The notes beneath the pieces are model-generated. The model was given only the letters and a program-made list of their open reading frames with translations. It was not told the origin of the DNA and ran no database searches. Of a DNA stretch of 64,000 nucleotides, positions 18,740 through 29,169 are shown piece after piece. The DNA is taken from positions 70,420 to 134,419 of the forward strand of contig VAFM01000002.1 of the NCBI GenBank assembly GCA_005768725.1. Reading direction: 5' to 3'. The first letter of the stretch is position 1, and each line of letters begins with the position of its first letter. Both the position numbers and the translations under genes were made by a program. Origin of the DNA: Blastochloris viridis. Its GTDB lineage: Bacteria; Pseudomonadota; Alphaproteobacteria; UBA2136; UBA6156.

Positions 18740-18814
18740 TGGTAGGTCGTGACAGGATCGAACTGTCGACACTCTGGTTAAAAGCCAGATGCTCTACCAC
18801 TGAGCTAACGACCC
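18740..18814 (-). tRNA. tRNA-Lys (anticodon UUU)
   Basis: GGGTCGT-TA-GCTC AGTGGTA GAGC; anticodon loop CTTTTAA; T-loop TTCGATC; CCA encoded. Confidence 0.85.
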
Positions 18815-18945
18815 ACCGCGGGTGTGTATAGGGGGTTGTCGCGTGGGCGTCAACCCTTTCTGCATAGCTAATTGGCAAGGTCTGGCAAGAAAGTGACGGA
18901 CAGGGGTTGACGCACCGCCGATTTGGCCTTACATCGCCTTTACGT

Positions 18946-19021
18946 GGGCTGGTAGCTCAGTCGGTAGAGCAGTTGACTCTTAATCAATTGGTCGTGGGTT
19001 CGAATCCCTCCCGGCCCACCA
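18946..19021 (+). tRNA. tRNA-Lys (anticodon CUU)
   Basis: GGGCTGG-TA-GCTC AGTCGGTA GAGC; anticodon loop CTCTTAA; T-loop TTCGAAT; CCA encoded. Confidence 0.85.
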
Positions 19022-19024
19022 AAA

Positions 19025-19057
19025 ATTTCAAGGCAGCCAACCGGCTGCCTTTTTTCT
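19025..19057. terminator. Bidirectional terminator (tRNA-Lys CUU / mscS-family gene)
   Basis: AAGGCAGCCaaccGGCTGCCTTTTTTC. Confidence 0.55.
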
Positions 19058-19059
19058 TA

Positions 19060-20292
19060 CTATTTTCGGCCTTTGGCTGCCTTTCCCCGGGGCGGCTTGG
19101 CCAGAGCTGTTTTAGCTTTGGGTTTGGCGGTGGCTTTCACAGTAGCCGTTTTCACAGCGTTCGCCTCACGCCGATTCTTCGGCATCTCAGTGTCCATCTT
19201 CTGGTGCGCAGCCAGTTCCCCAACATTCTTCTGCACAGGTACCGCAAAGGCAATACCCTCTTTCTCAAAGGCTGTGAACATCTCCAGATACATCTGCTGC
19301 GTCACGTCCATCATGCGGCTGTAATCAGGCTTCTCAACATAAAATACGGCTTCATATTGCGGCCCAAAGTCGGTCAGACTCTGCAAATGCACCCGATCAA
19401 CCCGCACATCGTCCATCTTTTCCAGAATCGTGATGATCATCGGCGGAATTTTCGCAAGTTTGGCAGCCGGTGTCTCGTAACCCACCTTAATGTTGAACAC
19501 CACGCGGCGCTGTCCCAGCGTGCGGTAGTTGCGCACACGGGTTTCCAGCAGGTCACCATTAGAAATAACAATCTGCTCACCGCTCAATGAACGTAAGCGC
19601 GTAGTCTTGATGCCGATCTCCTCCACAGTCCCCATAAAGTCGCCAGCCGCAATAAAATCGCCCACCACGAATGGTTTGTCGAACACGATCGAAAACGAGC
19701 TGAAAATGTCCTTCAGCACGTTCTGCAACGCAAAGGCCACCGCAATACCACCCACCCCCAAACCGGCCACCAGCGCGCTGACGTTCACGCCGTAATTGTT
19801 CAGCAGCAGAATAAACACCACCAGCCAGATGAACACGTAACCCACGCGTACCATGCTGGCCATCATCGCAACCCGCGCGGGTTCTTTCACACGCAGCTCA
19901 CGGGCGGTCTCGCGATTCCATTCACTCAGGGCATGCACGGCCATCAAACCGAGCTGTAAAAACACGCCGAGCATGAACAACCGGCGCATCGGCCCATCCA
20001 CCAGTGCCATATACGGCATGGTCTGCACAGCGACCTGCAACCCGGCCAACCACACGAACCAGGTCTTCACGCTCTCGGCAATGCGCTTCGCCCAGATGGT
20101 CAGCACCGGATGAGTATGGGTACGCTCGGTGCGGGCCTTCATACGCCCCACAATAAATTCACGTAAAAAAAGAACAACGAATGCCAGCCCAATTCCCAGC
20201 AGCGCGCCTGGCAGCATCTGCAACGCCACACCGGGCAGGTCTTCTAACGGAATCCGCGAAAAGTAATTATACAGCGCCAGCACATTATCCAT
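19060..20292 (-). CDS. Mechanosensitive ion channel (MscS) family protein with Lys-rich C-terminal tail
   Basis: N-terminal TM helices, MscS beta-domain (ISNGDLLETRVRNY...VFNIKVGYETP), tail KPKAKTALAKPPRGKAAKGRK. Confidence 0.8.
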   Translation of the reverse strand: MDNVLALYNYFSRIPLEDLPGVALQMLPGALLGIGLAFVVLFLREFIVGRMKARTERTHTHPVLTIWAKRIAESVKTWFVWLAGLQVAVQTMPYMALVDGPMRRLFMLGVFLQLGLMAVHALSEWNRETARELRVKEPARVAMMASMVRVGYVFIWLVVFILLLNNYGVNVSALVAGLGVGGIAVAFALQNVLKDIFSSFSIVFDKPFVVGDFIAAGDFMGTVEEIGIKTTRLRSLSGEQIVISNGDLLETRVRNYRTLGQRRVVFNIKVGYETPAAKLAKIPPMIITILEKMDDVRVDRVHLQSLTDFGPQYEAVFYVEKPDYSRMMDVTQQMYLEMFTAFEKEGIAFAVPVQKNVGELAAHQKMDTEMPKNRREANAVKTATVKATAKPKAKTALAKPPRGKAAKGRK

Positions 20293-20355
20293 GAATCAAT
20301 CCTCCAAACGTCTCACTCAGTCTTTCAAAAAACAGGCGGAGGGGCAACCGCTTCG

Positions 20356-21477
<1,122 letters not shown>

Positions 21478-22542
21478 CTAACTATCCTTTCGCGTCAACA
21501 AACTGCTATCCCCAAACGAGTAAAACCGGAACCCATCCGCAATCGCGCGCTGATACAGCGCCGCAAGGCTCTCCTCGCCAATGAACGCCGCCACCAGCAT
21601 CAGCAGGCTGCTCTGCGGCAGGTGGAAATTCGTGATTAACCGGTCGGCCACTTTAAACTCAAACTTACCGGGCTGAATAAACAATGTCGTCTCGCCGGTA
21701 AACCCCTCATCCGGCAAACCGGCCTTGCCCCAGGTTTCCAGCGTGCGTAGCGCGGTGGTCCCAACTGGAATTACCTTGCCGCCCTTGGCCTTGGTGGCTT
21801 TGATAAGCGCCGCGGTCTTTGCCGATACATGCGCCCACTCGGCATGCAGCTTCCCTTCCGCGATCTGCTCCGGCGTCGGGTTCAAAAACGTCCCCGCACC
21901 TACATGCAGCGTCACTTCAGCCACCTGAACACCCTTGGCTTTCAGGGCAGCAAATACCTCATCGGTAAAGTGCAAGCCAGCCGTCGGCGCCGCCACACTG
22001 CCCGGTGTTGCCGGGTTGGCATAAACGGTCTGGTAACGCGCCCGCACCGCTGCTGTGTCCTCGGCATGAATATACGGCGGCAAAGGCGTATGACCGTGCT
22101 TTTCCAAATAACCAGCGATCTCAGTCGGCTCCATCTCAAACCGGATCACCGCCTGCCCGTCCACCGCCTCAATTACCGCTACGGCGCCACCATCCAGCAC
22201 CACGCGGTCGCCCACACGCAAACGCCGCATGGGCTTACCAAATACCTGCCAGCGGGTCAGGCCACCGTCCAGCGGACGGTGCAGCAGAAATTCCACGTTC
22301 ACATCGGTTCCACCCGCTTCACGCGCCGGGCGCACCCCGTACAAACGGGCCGGAATCACCTTGCTGGCATTCACCACCAGTAAGTCCCCAGCCTCTAATA
22401 AGTGCGGCAGATCCCGGAACATCTTCTCCTCGGCCTGCGGCCACACCATCAGGCGCGCACTATCGCGCGGCTCAGCCGCCACATGTGCAATCAGCTCATC
22501 CGGTAAGGTATAGTTATAAGGTGCGGAATCCAGAGGGTTCAT
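21478..22542 (-). CDS. queA: S-adenosylmethionine:tRNA ribosyltransferase-isomerase
   Basis: YNYTLPDELIA...PRDSARLMV... QueA signature; adjacent to tgt. Confidence 0.9.
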   Translation of the reverse strand: MNPLDSAPYNYTLPDELIAHVAAEPRDSARLMVWPQAEEKMFRDLPHLLEAGDLLVVNASKVIPARLYGVRPAREAGGTDVNVEFLLHRPLDGGLTRWQVFGKPMRRLRVGDRVVLDGGAVAVIEAVDGQAVIRFEMEPTEIAGYLEKHGHTPLPPYIHAEDTAAVRARYQTVYANPATPGSVAAPTAGLHFTDEVFAALKAKGVQVAEVTLHVGAGTFLNPTPEQIAEGKLHAEWAHVSAKTAALIKATKAKGGKVIPVGTTALRTLETWGKAGLPDEGFTGETTLFIQPGKFEFKVADRLITNFHLPQSSLLMLVAAFIGEESLAALYQRAIADGFRFYSFGDSSLLTRKDS

Positions 22543-22561
22543 GCCCTCTCACTAACCGACT

Positions 22562-23122
22562 TTACAGGGTTCTGGCAACCCCGAGCAGATTATCACCGCG
22601 TTTAACGCTTTCCAAAATCAAGCGTCCTTCACGTATCGCCCCGATTCTTACATTCTTCGGCGCCTCACAGCACGCCCCAACGCTCTTGCCATAGATGAGG
22701 ATCATCTCCGGCCCCACAGTACCATCGGCGTGCACCACAAGCCCCAGGTGACCTACCCCGGCCTCGTGCACTTTGGGCGCCATCGGCTGGCCCTTCGCAT
22801 CCACCTGCGGCGCGGGTGCGGTCCCCATAACAAATCCTTCACCCTTCAGGCGCGGTTTACCGGCCAGCACAAACACACCCGGCAACTGGCGGTACACGGG
22901 CGCATTCGTGTAAACCCCCTGCTCCACCCAGCTCATAAATGCGTTCTCTAACTCAGCATCCTGGCCCAGCATCTGCACACGTACCTTCTGGCCTTCCTGA
23001 AACACCATTTCCACAAACGGCTTTGGCAAAGCCGGCTTGGCATGCGCTTTATAAGTGTAACCGTTTCCGCTGCACGCCGCTAAAACCAGCGCCACAGCCA
23101 TTAGTCCCATACGTCCTAACAT
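22562..23122 (-). CDS. Lipoprotein, divergent cyclophilin-like peptidyl-prolyl isomerase (tentative)
   Basis: Lipobox LAAC; YTNAPVYRQLPGVFVLAGKP resembles cyclophilin Y.N..FHRVIPGFMIQGG; known ppi-queA synteny. Confidence 0.45.
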   Translation of the reverse strand: MLGRMGLMAVALVLAACSGNGYTYKAHAKPALPKPFVEMVFQEGQKVRVQMLGQDAELENAFMSWVEQGVYTNAPVYRQLPGVFVLAGKPRLKGEGFVMGTAPAPQVDAKGQPMAPKVHEAGVGHLGLVVHADGTVGPEMILIYGKSVGACCEAPKNVRIGAIREGRLILESVKRGDNLLGVARTL

Positions 23123-23610
23123 ATCACTCCTTCATGGCGCAGCAGCCATTCTTTGGTTACAACGCCACCGGGCGCCGAAAATCCGGTCATCTTGTCCTTC
23201 GCCCCCATCACACGGTGGCACGGCACTAAAATCGGGCACGGGTTAGCCCCCACCGCTCCGCCAATGGCACGCGCATGGCTGCCAACGGTCGCCGCCAGCT
23301 CACCATAGGTCACGGTCTTGCCGTAGGGTATGTCCATCAAAGCAGCCCACACCCGCTGCTGAAACGCGGTCCCCTGCAACGTAAAATGCTCCGGTAATCC
23401 TGTCACCGGCACACCCGCAAAATACTGTTCCATAAGGCTTTGCACCGGATGCCCCGCGACAACCTCAACGCCCTCCGGCGCCTCGCCCCACTCCACCGAG
23501 GTCAAATTCCCCTCACTATCCAGCGGCCCCCACAAGGGCCCGAGAGGTGTTTTCAGCCAGCTTAAAATCTTCATGAAAACCATCCTAGACGTCTTTTCAA
23601 GGGTTGCCAA
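23116..23610 (-). CDS. ogt: Methylated-DNA--protein-cysteine methyltransferase
   Basis: Active site PCHRV; TVTYGELA (HTH). True start may be an internal Met (23583). Confidence 0.8.
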   Translation of the reverse strand: MATLEKTSRMVFMKILSWLKTPLGPLWGPLDSEGNLTSVEWGEAPEGVEVVAGHPVQSLMEQYFAGVPVTGLPEHFTLQGTAFQQRVWAALMDIPYGKTVTYGELAATVGSHARAIGGAVGANPCPILVPCHRVMGAKDKMTGFSAPGGVVTKEWLLRHEGVIC

Positions 23611-23709
23611 ACCCTCCGCTTAAACCTATGTCAATTGCAGGACACATCTCACCTTTTTATTCCAACGGCACGGGGCCGTAAGTGTGTCCTGAACATACGG
23701 GGAAAGACT

Positions 23710-23886
23710 ATGAAGAAGACTGTTATCGTCGAAAAGCGCTCCGCTACAGGTCGCGTAAAACGCGAAACCATCACAGTCGATAACAAGGGTTTTTCCGGAG
23801 GAAAACCCACCACCCTGAAAAAACGCGACATCAGCGGCGAGCCCGCTAACGTCCATGCGTTTTTCAACAAACTGCACTATGCATAA
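23710..23886 (+). CDS. Small basic hypothetical protein (58 aa)
   Basis: MKKTVIVEKRSATGRVKRETITVDNKG...; weak SD. Shorter than ORF-track entry 23635..23886. Confidence 0.35.
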   Translation: MKKTVIVEKRSATGRVKRETITVDNKGFSGGKPTTLKKRDISGEPANVHAFFNKLHYA

Positions 23887-23894
23887 ATGCGGCA

Positions 23895-23931
23895 AAAACA
23901 ATGGCGGGGGCCACAAGCCCCCGCTTTTTGC
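23895..23931. terminator. Bidirectional terminator (small ORF / dnaE)
   Basis: GCGGGGGccacaaGCCCCCGCTTTTTG. Confidence 0.5.
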
Positions 23932-23941
23932 AGGCCAAATC

Positions 23942-26900
23942 CTATTCCAGCACACCCAGCCCTTTAAAATGCGCCAGCATCATCGGGTTCACCGCAAACC
24001 CGCGCGGCAGCTTCAGCTGGGCATTGCCGCGCACACTGGGCACGATCATCCGCACCACCGTCTGTCCCTGCCCGGCTTTATCCAAGACGCCCTTCACCTG
24101 CGCCAGCGTATGGGTATCGGGCACATGCAGCACCAGCTCGGCACGGTTGCCCAGCACTTCGCTCAGGGTCTGCACCTTGTCGGCATTGATGCGTAAACGC
24201 TCGCCGTCCTGCTGGACTTTAATGCTCAGCACCAGCGGGTCGGTACCTTCTAAAATCTGCTGGCACGCGGCGTAACTTTCGGGGAAGAACGCCACTTCCA
24301 CCTGACCCGTCGTGTCCGAAAGCGTCACCACGCCCATGCGGTCACCCTTCTTGGTCTTAACCTCACGTATGCCCTGAATAAGCCCCGCCACACGACATGC
24401 CCCACCCCCGTCAGCAGCAAACTGTTCAATCTCACTGGCATGTTTCAGGCTCGAGATCTTCGCCAACTCATCCGCAAACGCATCCAGAGGGTGAGAGCTT
24501 ACATAGAACCCGACCGCTTCAGCCTCATATTGCAATTTGGTCAGGTAGTCCCAGGTTTCGGCAGGCTTGCATCCAGCCATGTAGGCTGCGGCATCCACAG
24601 CAATCGCATCCCCACCACCAAACAAGCTGCCCTGGCCACTCACGCGCGCATCATGGCACGCCGCACTGTAAGCCAGCAGGGTTTCCATATTTGTAAACAA
24701 CCAGTCGCGGCGCTTATCCAAACCATCCAGCGCACCAGCCTTAATCAGCACTTCCAACTGACGCTTGTTGATAATACTGGGCTCCAGCCGCTCCATAAAG
24801 TTCCAGATGGAGGTGAACTTCCCGCCCTTCTTGCGCTCGGTCACCAGGGCGCGCATGGCTTCTTCCCCGGCGCCTTTCAGGGCGGCCAGCGCATGGCGCA
24901 CGCACATCACGCCATCATCGGCTTTTTCCACTGCAAACATCACTTCACTGAAGTTCACATCCGGCGCAAGCAGGCGGCTGTCCTGCTTCTGCAGTTCCAG
25001 TTTATAGCGCAGCAGTTTGTCGTGGTTGCCGCGGTCGTAGGTCATGGTCGCAGCCATAAACTCGTGCGGGTAGTTCGCCTTCAAATACGCCGTCTGGAAC
25101 GAGATCAACGCATACGCAATGGTGTGAGCCTTGTTGAAACCATAGCCAGAGAACTTGTCCATCAGGTCAAAGATCATGTTGGCGGTCTGCTCATCAATGC
25201 CGTGCAGGTCATGGGCACCCTTCACGAACTTGGCGCGCTCTTTCGCCATTTCTTCGGGCTTTTTCTTACCCATCGCGCGGCGCAGCATATCGGCCCCGCC
25301 AAGGGTATAACCGGCCATGTCACGGGCCATTTGCATAATCTGCTCCTGGTACACAGGCACGCCGTAAGTCACTTCCAGCGCAGGCTTCAAAATCTCGTGC
25401 GGATACTCCGCTTCAGCCCGGCCCAGCTTGCGGTTGACGTAGTCATCCACCATCCCGGTTCCCAGCGGCCCCGGTCGGTACAGCGCCAGAATCGCCGATA
25501 GCGCTTCCATATCGTCGGCCTGCATCTTCTTGGTCAGCTCGGTAATCCCGCCACCTTCAATCTGGAACACGCCGATGGTGTGCCCGTGCTTGAGCATCTC
25601 ATAGGTTTTGGCATCACTCAGGTCCGCCTTCATGATGTCGAAATCGGGTTTGTACGTCGCCTTCACGGCATTTTCGGCCATACGGATGGTCGACAGCGTC
25701 TTCAGGCCCAAAAAGTCGAACTTTACCAAGCCGGCATACTCGGCATCGCCCATGCTGAACTGGGTCACCGGCATCGGCGCACGCGGGTCAATGTAAACCC
25801 CACACACTTCATCCACCCGGCGGTCACAGATAATCACCCCCGCCGCGTGGGTACTGGCGTGGCGGTAACAACCTTCCAGCTGCAGCGCGGTATCCACAAG
25901 ACGCCGCACATCGTCTTCCTGCTCATAGCGCTCTTTCAGGCGCTCATCCGTGTCCAGCACTTCCTGAATCGGCGGCGGGTTGGCCCCTTCCGGAATAAAC
26001 GCGGCCACCTGCCCTACAAAACCATACGGCATGCCCAGCACGCGTCCCACGTCGCGCAGGCAGGCCTTGGCCTTCAGGGTACCAAAGGTGATGATGTTAG
26101 CTACGCGGTGTTCGCCATAACGGCGGCGCACATAGGCAATCACCTCTTCACGGCGGTCCTGGCAAAAGTCCACGTCAAAGTCAGGCAGACTCACACGTTC
26201 CGGGTTCAAAAACCGCTCAAAGTAAAGCTCCCAGCGGATAGGGTCGAGGTCCGTGATCTGCAGGCTCCACGCCACCAGGCTACCCGCACCCGAACCCCGC
26301 CCCGGCCCGACCGGAATGCCATTTTCCTTCGACCAGCGGATGAAGTCAGAGGTGATCAGGAAGTACCCGTCGAACCCCATCCCGATGATGATATCCAGCT
26401 CGTACTCAAGCTGTTTCTCATAGCGCGCTTTGGCCGCGGCCTTGGCCTCGTCTCCGTCACAGAACGGGTAAACGTAATCTTCCAGACGCTGGTAAAGCCC
26501 CGCGAACGATTCATCGCGCAGCACGTCCTTCACCGGCTTGTCGCCACTAAACTCCCACACCGGCATGAACATCTTCTTCACACTCACCGCTTCCAGCAAA
26601 AAGGCGCACTTCTGGGCAATCGCCACGGTGTTGGCACAGGCTTCCGGCAGGTCGGCAAACGCCGCCAGCATGTTCTCTTCACTGCGTATATGGTGGTTGG
26701 GTGTAAAGCGGCGGCGGTTGGGGTCATCCATGGTGCAGCTGTCACCGATGCCGATCAGCACCTCAAACGCGTCCAGGTCGCCCGCTTTCACAAACCGGCA
26801 GTCATTGGTGGCCACCAGCGGCACATCATACTTCGCCGCCAGCTCACGCAGAGAGATTTCCGTCTGCTTTTCGTCAATGCCCTTCTGCCCGGGCCATTCA

Positions 26901-27448
26901 TGACGCTCCAGCTGCATGTAAAAGCGGTCACCAAACGCCTGTTTCAGCTTGGTAATAACCTCATCCTGCTGGCCCAGCTTCATCGCCATCGGCACCACAC
27001 CGCGGCCAAAATGGCCGCTCAGGCAAATCAGGTCACCGTTCAGCTCCAGCACTTTCTCCAGCGCAATCCCGGCATCACCCTTGTCCAGCTTCCTGAACTG
27101 GCTCTCACTCACCAGCTTGGCCAAGTGCTTCCAGCCCTGCTGGTTCATCACCAGCAGCGGCAGGTAGGCAATATGTTCTTTGGTCTGGATCGCACTGATG
27201 GGCTCTTCTAAAATCACGGGCAGTTCGCAGCCCATAATCGGCTGAACCCCGGCCCCGGCAATATACTTGCTAGCCTCTACCAGCCCGAACAGGTTCTCAA
27301 GATCAGTGATACCCACTGCCGGGAACCCGGCTTTATCGAGCGCTTTGGCCATTTTCTTGATAGGCACCATGCCTTCAAGCAGCGAATAGCTGCTTTTCAC
27401 AGTCAAGTGTACAAATCGTGGAGCCCCCATACTTCGCACCATACCCAC
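23942..27448 (-). CDS. dnaE: DNA polymerase III alpha subunit
   Basis: 1168 aa; PHP domain (FVHLTVKSSYSLLEG) and palm/fingers motifs (GYFLI, PDFDVDF). Confidence 0.95.
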   Translation of the reverse strand: MGMVRSMGAPRFVHLTVKSSYSLLEGMVPIKKMAKALDKAGFPAVGITDLENLFGLVEASKYIAGAGVQPIMGCELPVILEEPISAIQTKEHIAYLPLLVMNQQGWKHLAKLVSESQFRKLDKGDAGIALEKVLELNGDLICLSGHFGRGVVPMAMKLGQQDEVITKLKQAFGDRFYMQLERHEWPGQKGIDEKQTEISLRELAAKYDVPLVATNDCRFVKAGDLDAFEVLIGIGDSCTMDDPNRRRFTPNHHIRSEENMLAAFADLPEACANTVAIAQKCAFLLEAVSVKKMFMPVWEFSGDKPVKDVLRDESFAGLYQRLEDYVYPFCDGDEAKAAAKARYEKQLEYELDIIIGMGFDGYFLITSDFIRWSKENGIPVGPGRGSGAGSLVAWSLQITDLDPIRWELYFERFLNPERVSLPDFDVDFCQDRREEVIAYVRRRYGEHRVANIITFGTLKAKACLRDVGRVLGMPYGFVGQVAAFIPEGANPPPIQEVLDTDERLKERYEQEDDVRRLVDTALQLEGCYRHASTHAAGVIICDRRVDEVCGVYIDPRAPMPVTQFSMGDAEYAGLVKFDFLGLKTLSTIRMAENAVKATYKPDFDIMKADLSDAKTYEMLKHGHTIGVFQIEGGGITELTKKMQADDMEALSAILALYRPGPLGTGMVDDYVNRKLGRAEAEYPHEILKPALEVTYGVPVYQEQIMQMARDMAGYTLGGADMLRRAMGKKKPEEMAKERAKFVKGAHDLHGIDEQTANMIFDLMDKFSGYGFNKAHTIAYALISFQTAYLKANYPHEFMAATMTYDRGNHDKLLRYKLELQKQDSRLLAPDVNFSEVMFAVEKADDGVMCVRHALAALKGAGEEAMRALVTERKKGGKFTSIWNFMERLEPSIINKRQLEVLIKAGALDGLDKRRDWLFTNMETLLAYSAACHDARVSGQGSLFGGGDAIAVDAAAYMAGCKPAETWDYLTKLQYEAEAVGFYVSSHPLDAFADELAKISSLKHASEIEQFAADGGGACRVAGLIQGIREVKTKKGDRMGVVTLSDTTGQVEVAFFPESYAACQQILEGTDPLVLSIKVQQDGERLRINADKVQTLSEVLGNRAELVLHVPDTHTLAQVKGVLDKAGQGQTVVRMIVPSVRGNAQLKLPRGFAVNPMMLAHFKGLGVLE

Positions 27449-27524
27449 TTTTCCGCTTTTCTAAAAGCCCGACCTTCGCTAAAAAGGTACTACTTTTGGC
27501 AACGTTTTTTGGAAAGGCAGAACG

Positions 27525-28034
27525 ATGTCTACAGTGCTGCAAGAGTCCCATTACCTTCTCCAAACCTTCCATTTCAGCCATCAAGAGAACGATGGCAACA
27601 ACGTCTACTACGGCAAGACAGAGAAAACGGCCTTCAAGCCGGAGTTCTCCGGTCTGCTGGGAACCACGGTCTGGTCAGCATCCGGGCCTGTTCACATCCA
27701 GCTTCGCTCGGTCGATGCCCCCTCCAAAGGAGGTATGATCCAGCTACAGGGCAAAGAATGCGAGATCCTTCTCCAGAAAGACTACACGCCCCTCTGGCTG
27801 ACGGTATTCAATTTCGTGACGCATCCCCTGATCCTGATTCCTGTTCATCAGGACTGCGGACTTCTGGCCGATATTCAGAGGATTCCAACCCGAAAATCGA
27901 ACACCGACGAAAGCAAGGCGAACCTGGAACGGCTCACCAGCAAATATCACGTGATCATCCCTTCCCGACCGGGACGGACGCCGTCCCCTCGGCCTCTCAG
28001 CCCTCTGGATTACCTGCATGCGCAGGCCGCATGA
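27525..28034 (+). CDS. Hypothetical protein A of low-GC islet (169 aa)
   Basis: SD GGAAAGG; own terminator; about 48% GC; no motif recognised. Confidence 0.5.
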   Translation: MSTVLQESHYLLQTFHFSHQENDGNNVYYGKTEKTAFKPEFSGLLGTTVWSASGPVHIQLRSVDAPSKGGMIQLQGKECEILLQKDYTPLWLTVFNFVTHPLILIPVHQDCGLLADIQRIPTRKSNTDESKANLERLTSKYHVIIPSRPGRTPSPRPLSPLDYLHAQAA

Positions 28035-28045
28035 CGAAATCCCCT

Positions 28046-28070
28046 ACTCACAGAGATCCCCGCTACGGCG
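28046..28070 (+). terminator. Rho-independent terminator after islet gene A
   Basis: CCCCGCtacgGCGGGGTTTTCTG. Confidence 0.55.
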
Positions 28071-28079
28071 GGGTTTTCT

Positions 28080-28117
28080 GCTCTCTAAATGCAAATAAGC
28101 GACCCATCTGGTTAAGA
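28080..28117 (-). terminator. Hairpin terminator after the minus-strand islet gene
   Basis: GCGACCCAtctggttaagatTGGGTCGC; T-rich on the minus strand. Confidence 0.4.
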
Positions 28118-28166
28118 TTGGGTCGCCTATTCGTTCATGCTGTTTTGGTTCAGCATTTGTTTTGTC

Positions 28167-28397
28167 CTAGTTAAGGGTTGCGGGCTTCACGGTGTATTTT
28201 ACCTTCTCATGAATATTCACAACAGCGCCGTTGGACAGCAGCAACTGCTTGCGATCAAGGCGCTTGTAAGCCTTGGTAGCCTCTTCTTCCGTCTCAAAAC
28301 GGATATTGTTGCAATAACCGGTGGCCTTGATGGAAACCTCAAGAACAACGGCATGATTGGACAACTGAATGCCCGTACTCTGCTCAGTATTCTGCAT
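28167..28397 (-). CDS. Hypothetical small protein of low-GC islet (76 aa)
   Basis: Strong SD (AACAGGAGTTTAT-ATG); about 45% GC; beta-rich. Confidence 0.5.
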   Translation of the reverse strand: MQNTEQSTGIQLSNHAVVLEVSIKATGYCNNIRFETEEEATKAYKRLDRKQLLLSNGAVVNIHEKVKYTVKPATLN

Positions 28398-28563
28398 ATA
28401 AACTCCTGTTACAGAATCAACTCAAACGATGAAGATAGATCTTCACTCTTACAAATAGGTCGTACAATTTCAGTTACAAGCCCTAGCTTCCTCATTTTCG
28501 TGCTTGCCCCCACACAATGCCCATATTATGAATACACATCAAACGCAGCCACGGAGCACGCGA

Positions 28564-29121
28564 ATGTCTGTATCTCCAACATTTGTATCTATTCCCAAAT
28601 CGATATTCGTGACTGTTGCCACTGAGATCGATGGGGAAAAGCAACCTCAACACAACTTTCACCTCACACCGGAACACGCCGACGAACATGGGATCCTGAT
28701 CATCATCGATCGCTTCCTGAAGGCCGACCGCCCCCTCAAACTCAATCTCATCCCGGAGAATGCCCCCGACGGCACGATGGTCATGGCCACGCCGGACACC
28801 TTCACCTTCACCGCTCCGGTAACGCTGATTGCCCCCGAGCACATTCATCTTTACCGGAAATTTGAAGAAGGAAGCATGCAGGTCACATGCCTCGTTCCGC
28901 TGATCAAGACCGAGCAGGTGGACATTGAGAAGATCCGTCGCAACATCTGGAATTCACTGGATGATGGGCAGGATTATGAACAGAACATGACGGACTATTA
29001 CGGAGAACTGATGCTCCATCATCATGTTCTGTCGCTGGACTACACCGACGGCATCACCGAAAGCTATGAATACTTTCATAACATAGAGGTCATGCAGCGC
29101 CACTTCTGCTACGACCCCTGA
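28564..29121 (+). CDS. Hypothetical protein B of low-GC islet (about 185 aa; ORF open from 28504)
   Basis: SD-like GGAG before MSVSPTF...; own terminator; His/acidic-rich C-terminal half; no motif recognised. Confidence 0.5.
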   Translation: MSVSPTFVSIPKSIFVTVATEIDGEKQPQHNFHLTPEHADEHGILIIIDRFLKADRPLKLNLIPENAPDGTMVMATPDTFTFTAPVTLIAPEHIHLYRKFEEGSMQVTCLVPLIKTEQVDIEKIRRNIWNSLDDGQDYEQNMTDYYGELMLHHHVLSLDYTDGITESYEYFHNIEVMQRHFCYDP

Positions 29122-29134
29122 TCTCAACTCACGG

Positions 29135-29166
29135 CAAAAAAAGTCCCGCTTCGGCGGGGCTTTTCG
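29135..29166. terminator. Bidirectional terminator (islet gene B / lolD)
   Basis: AAAAAAAGTCCCGCttcgGCGGGGCTTTTCG; near-identical stem to the 28046 terminator. Confidence 0.55.
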
Positions 29167-29169
29167 TCA

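Noticed and set aside
18907-19590. 227-aa plus-strand ORF
   Set aside because: Runs through tRNA-Lys(CUU) and is antisense to the MscS-family gene.
25580-27211. 543-aa plus-strand ORF
   Set aside because: Antisense to dnaE, which has unambiguous polymerase motifs on the other strand.
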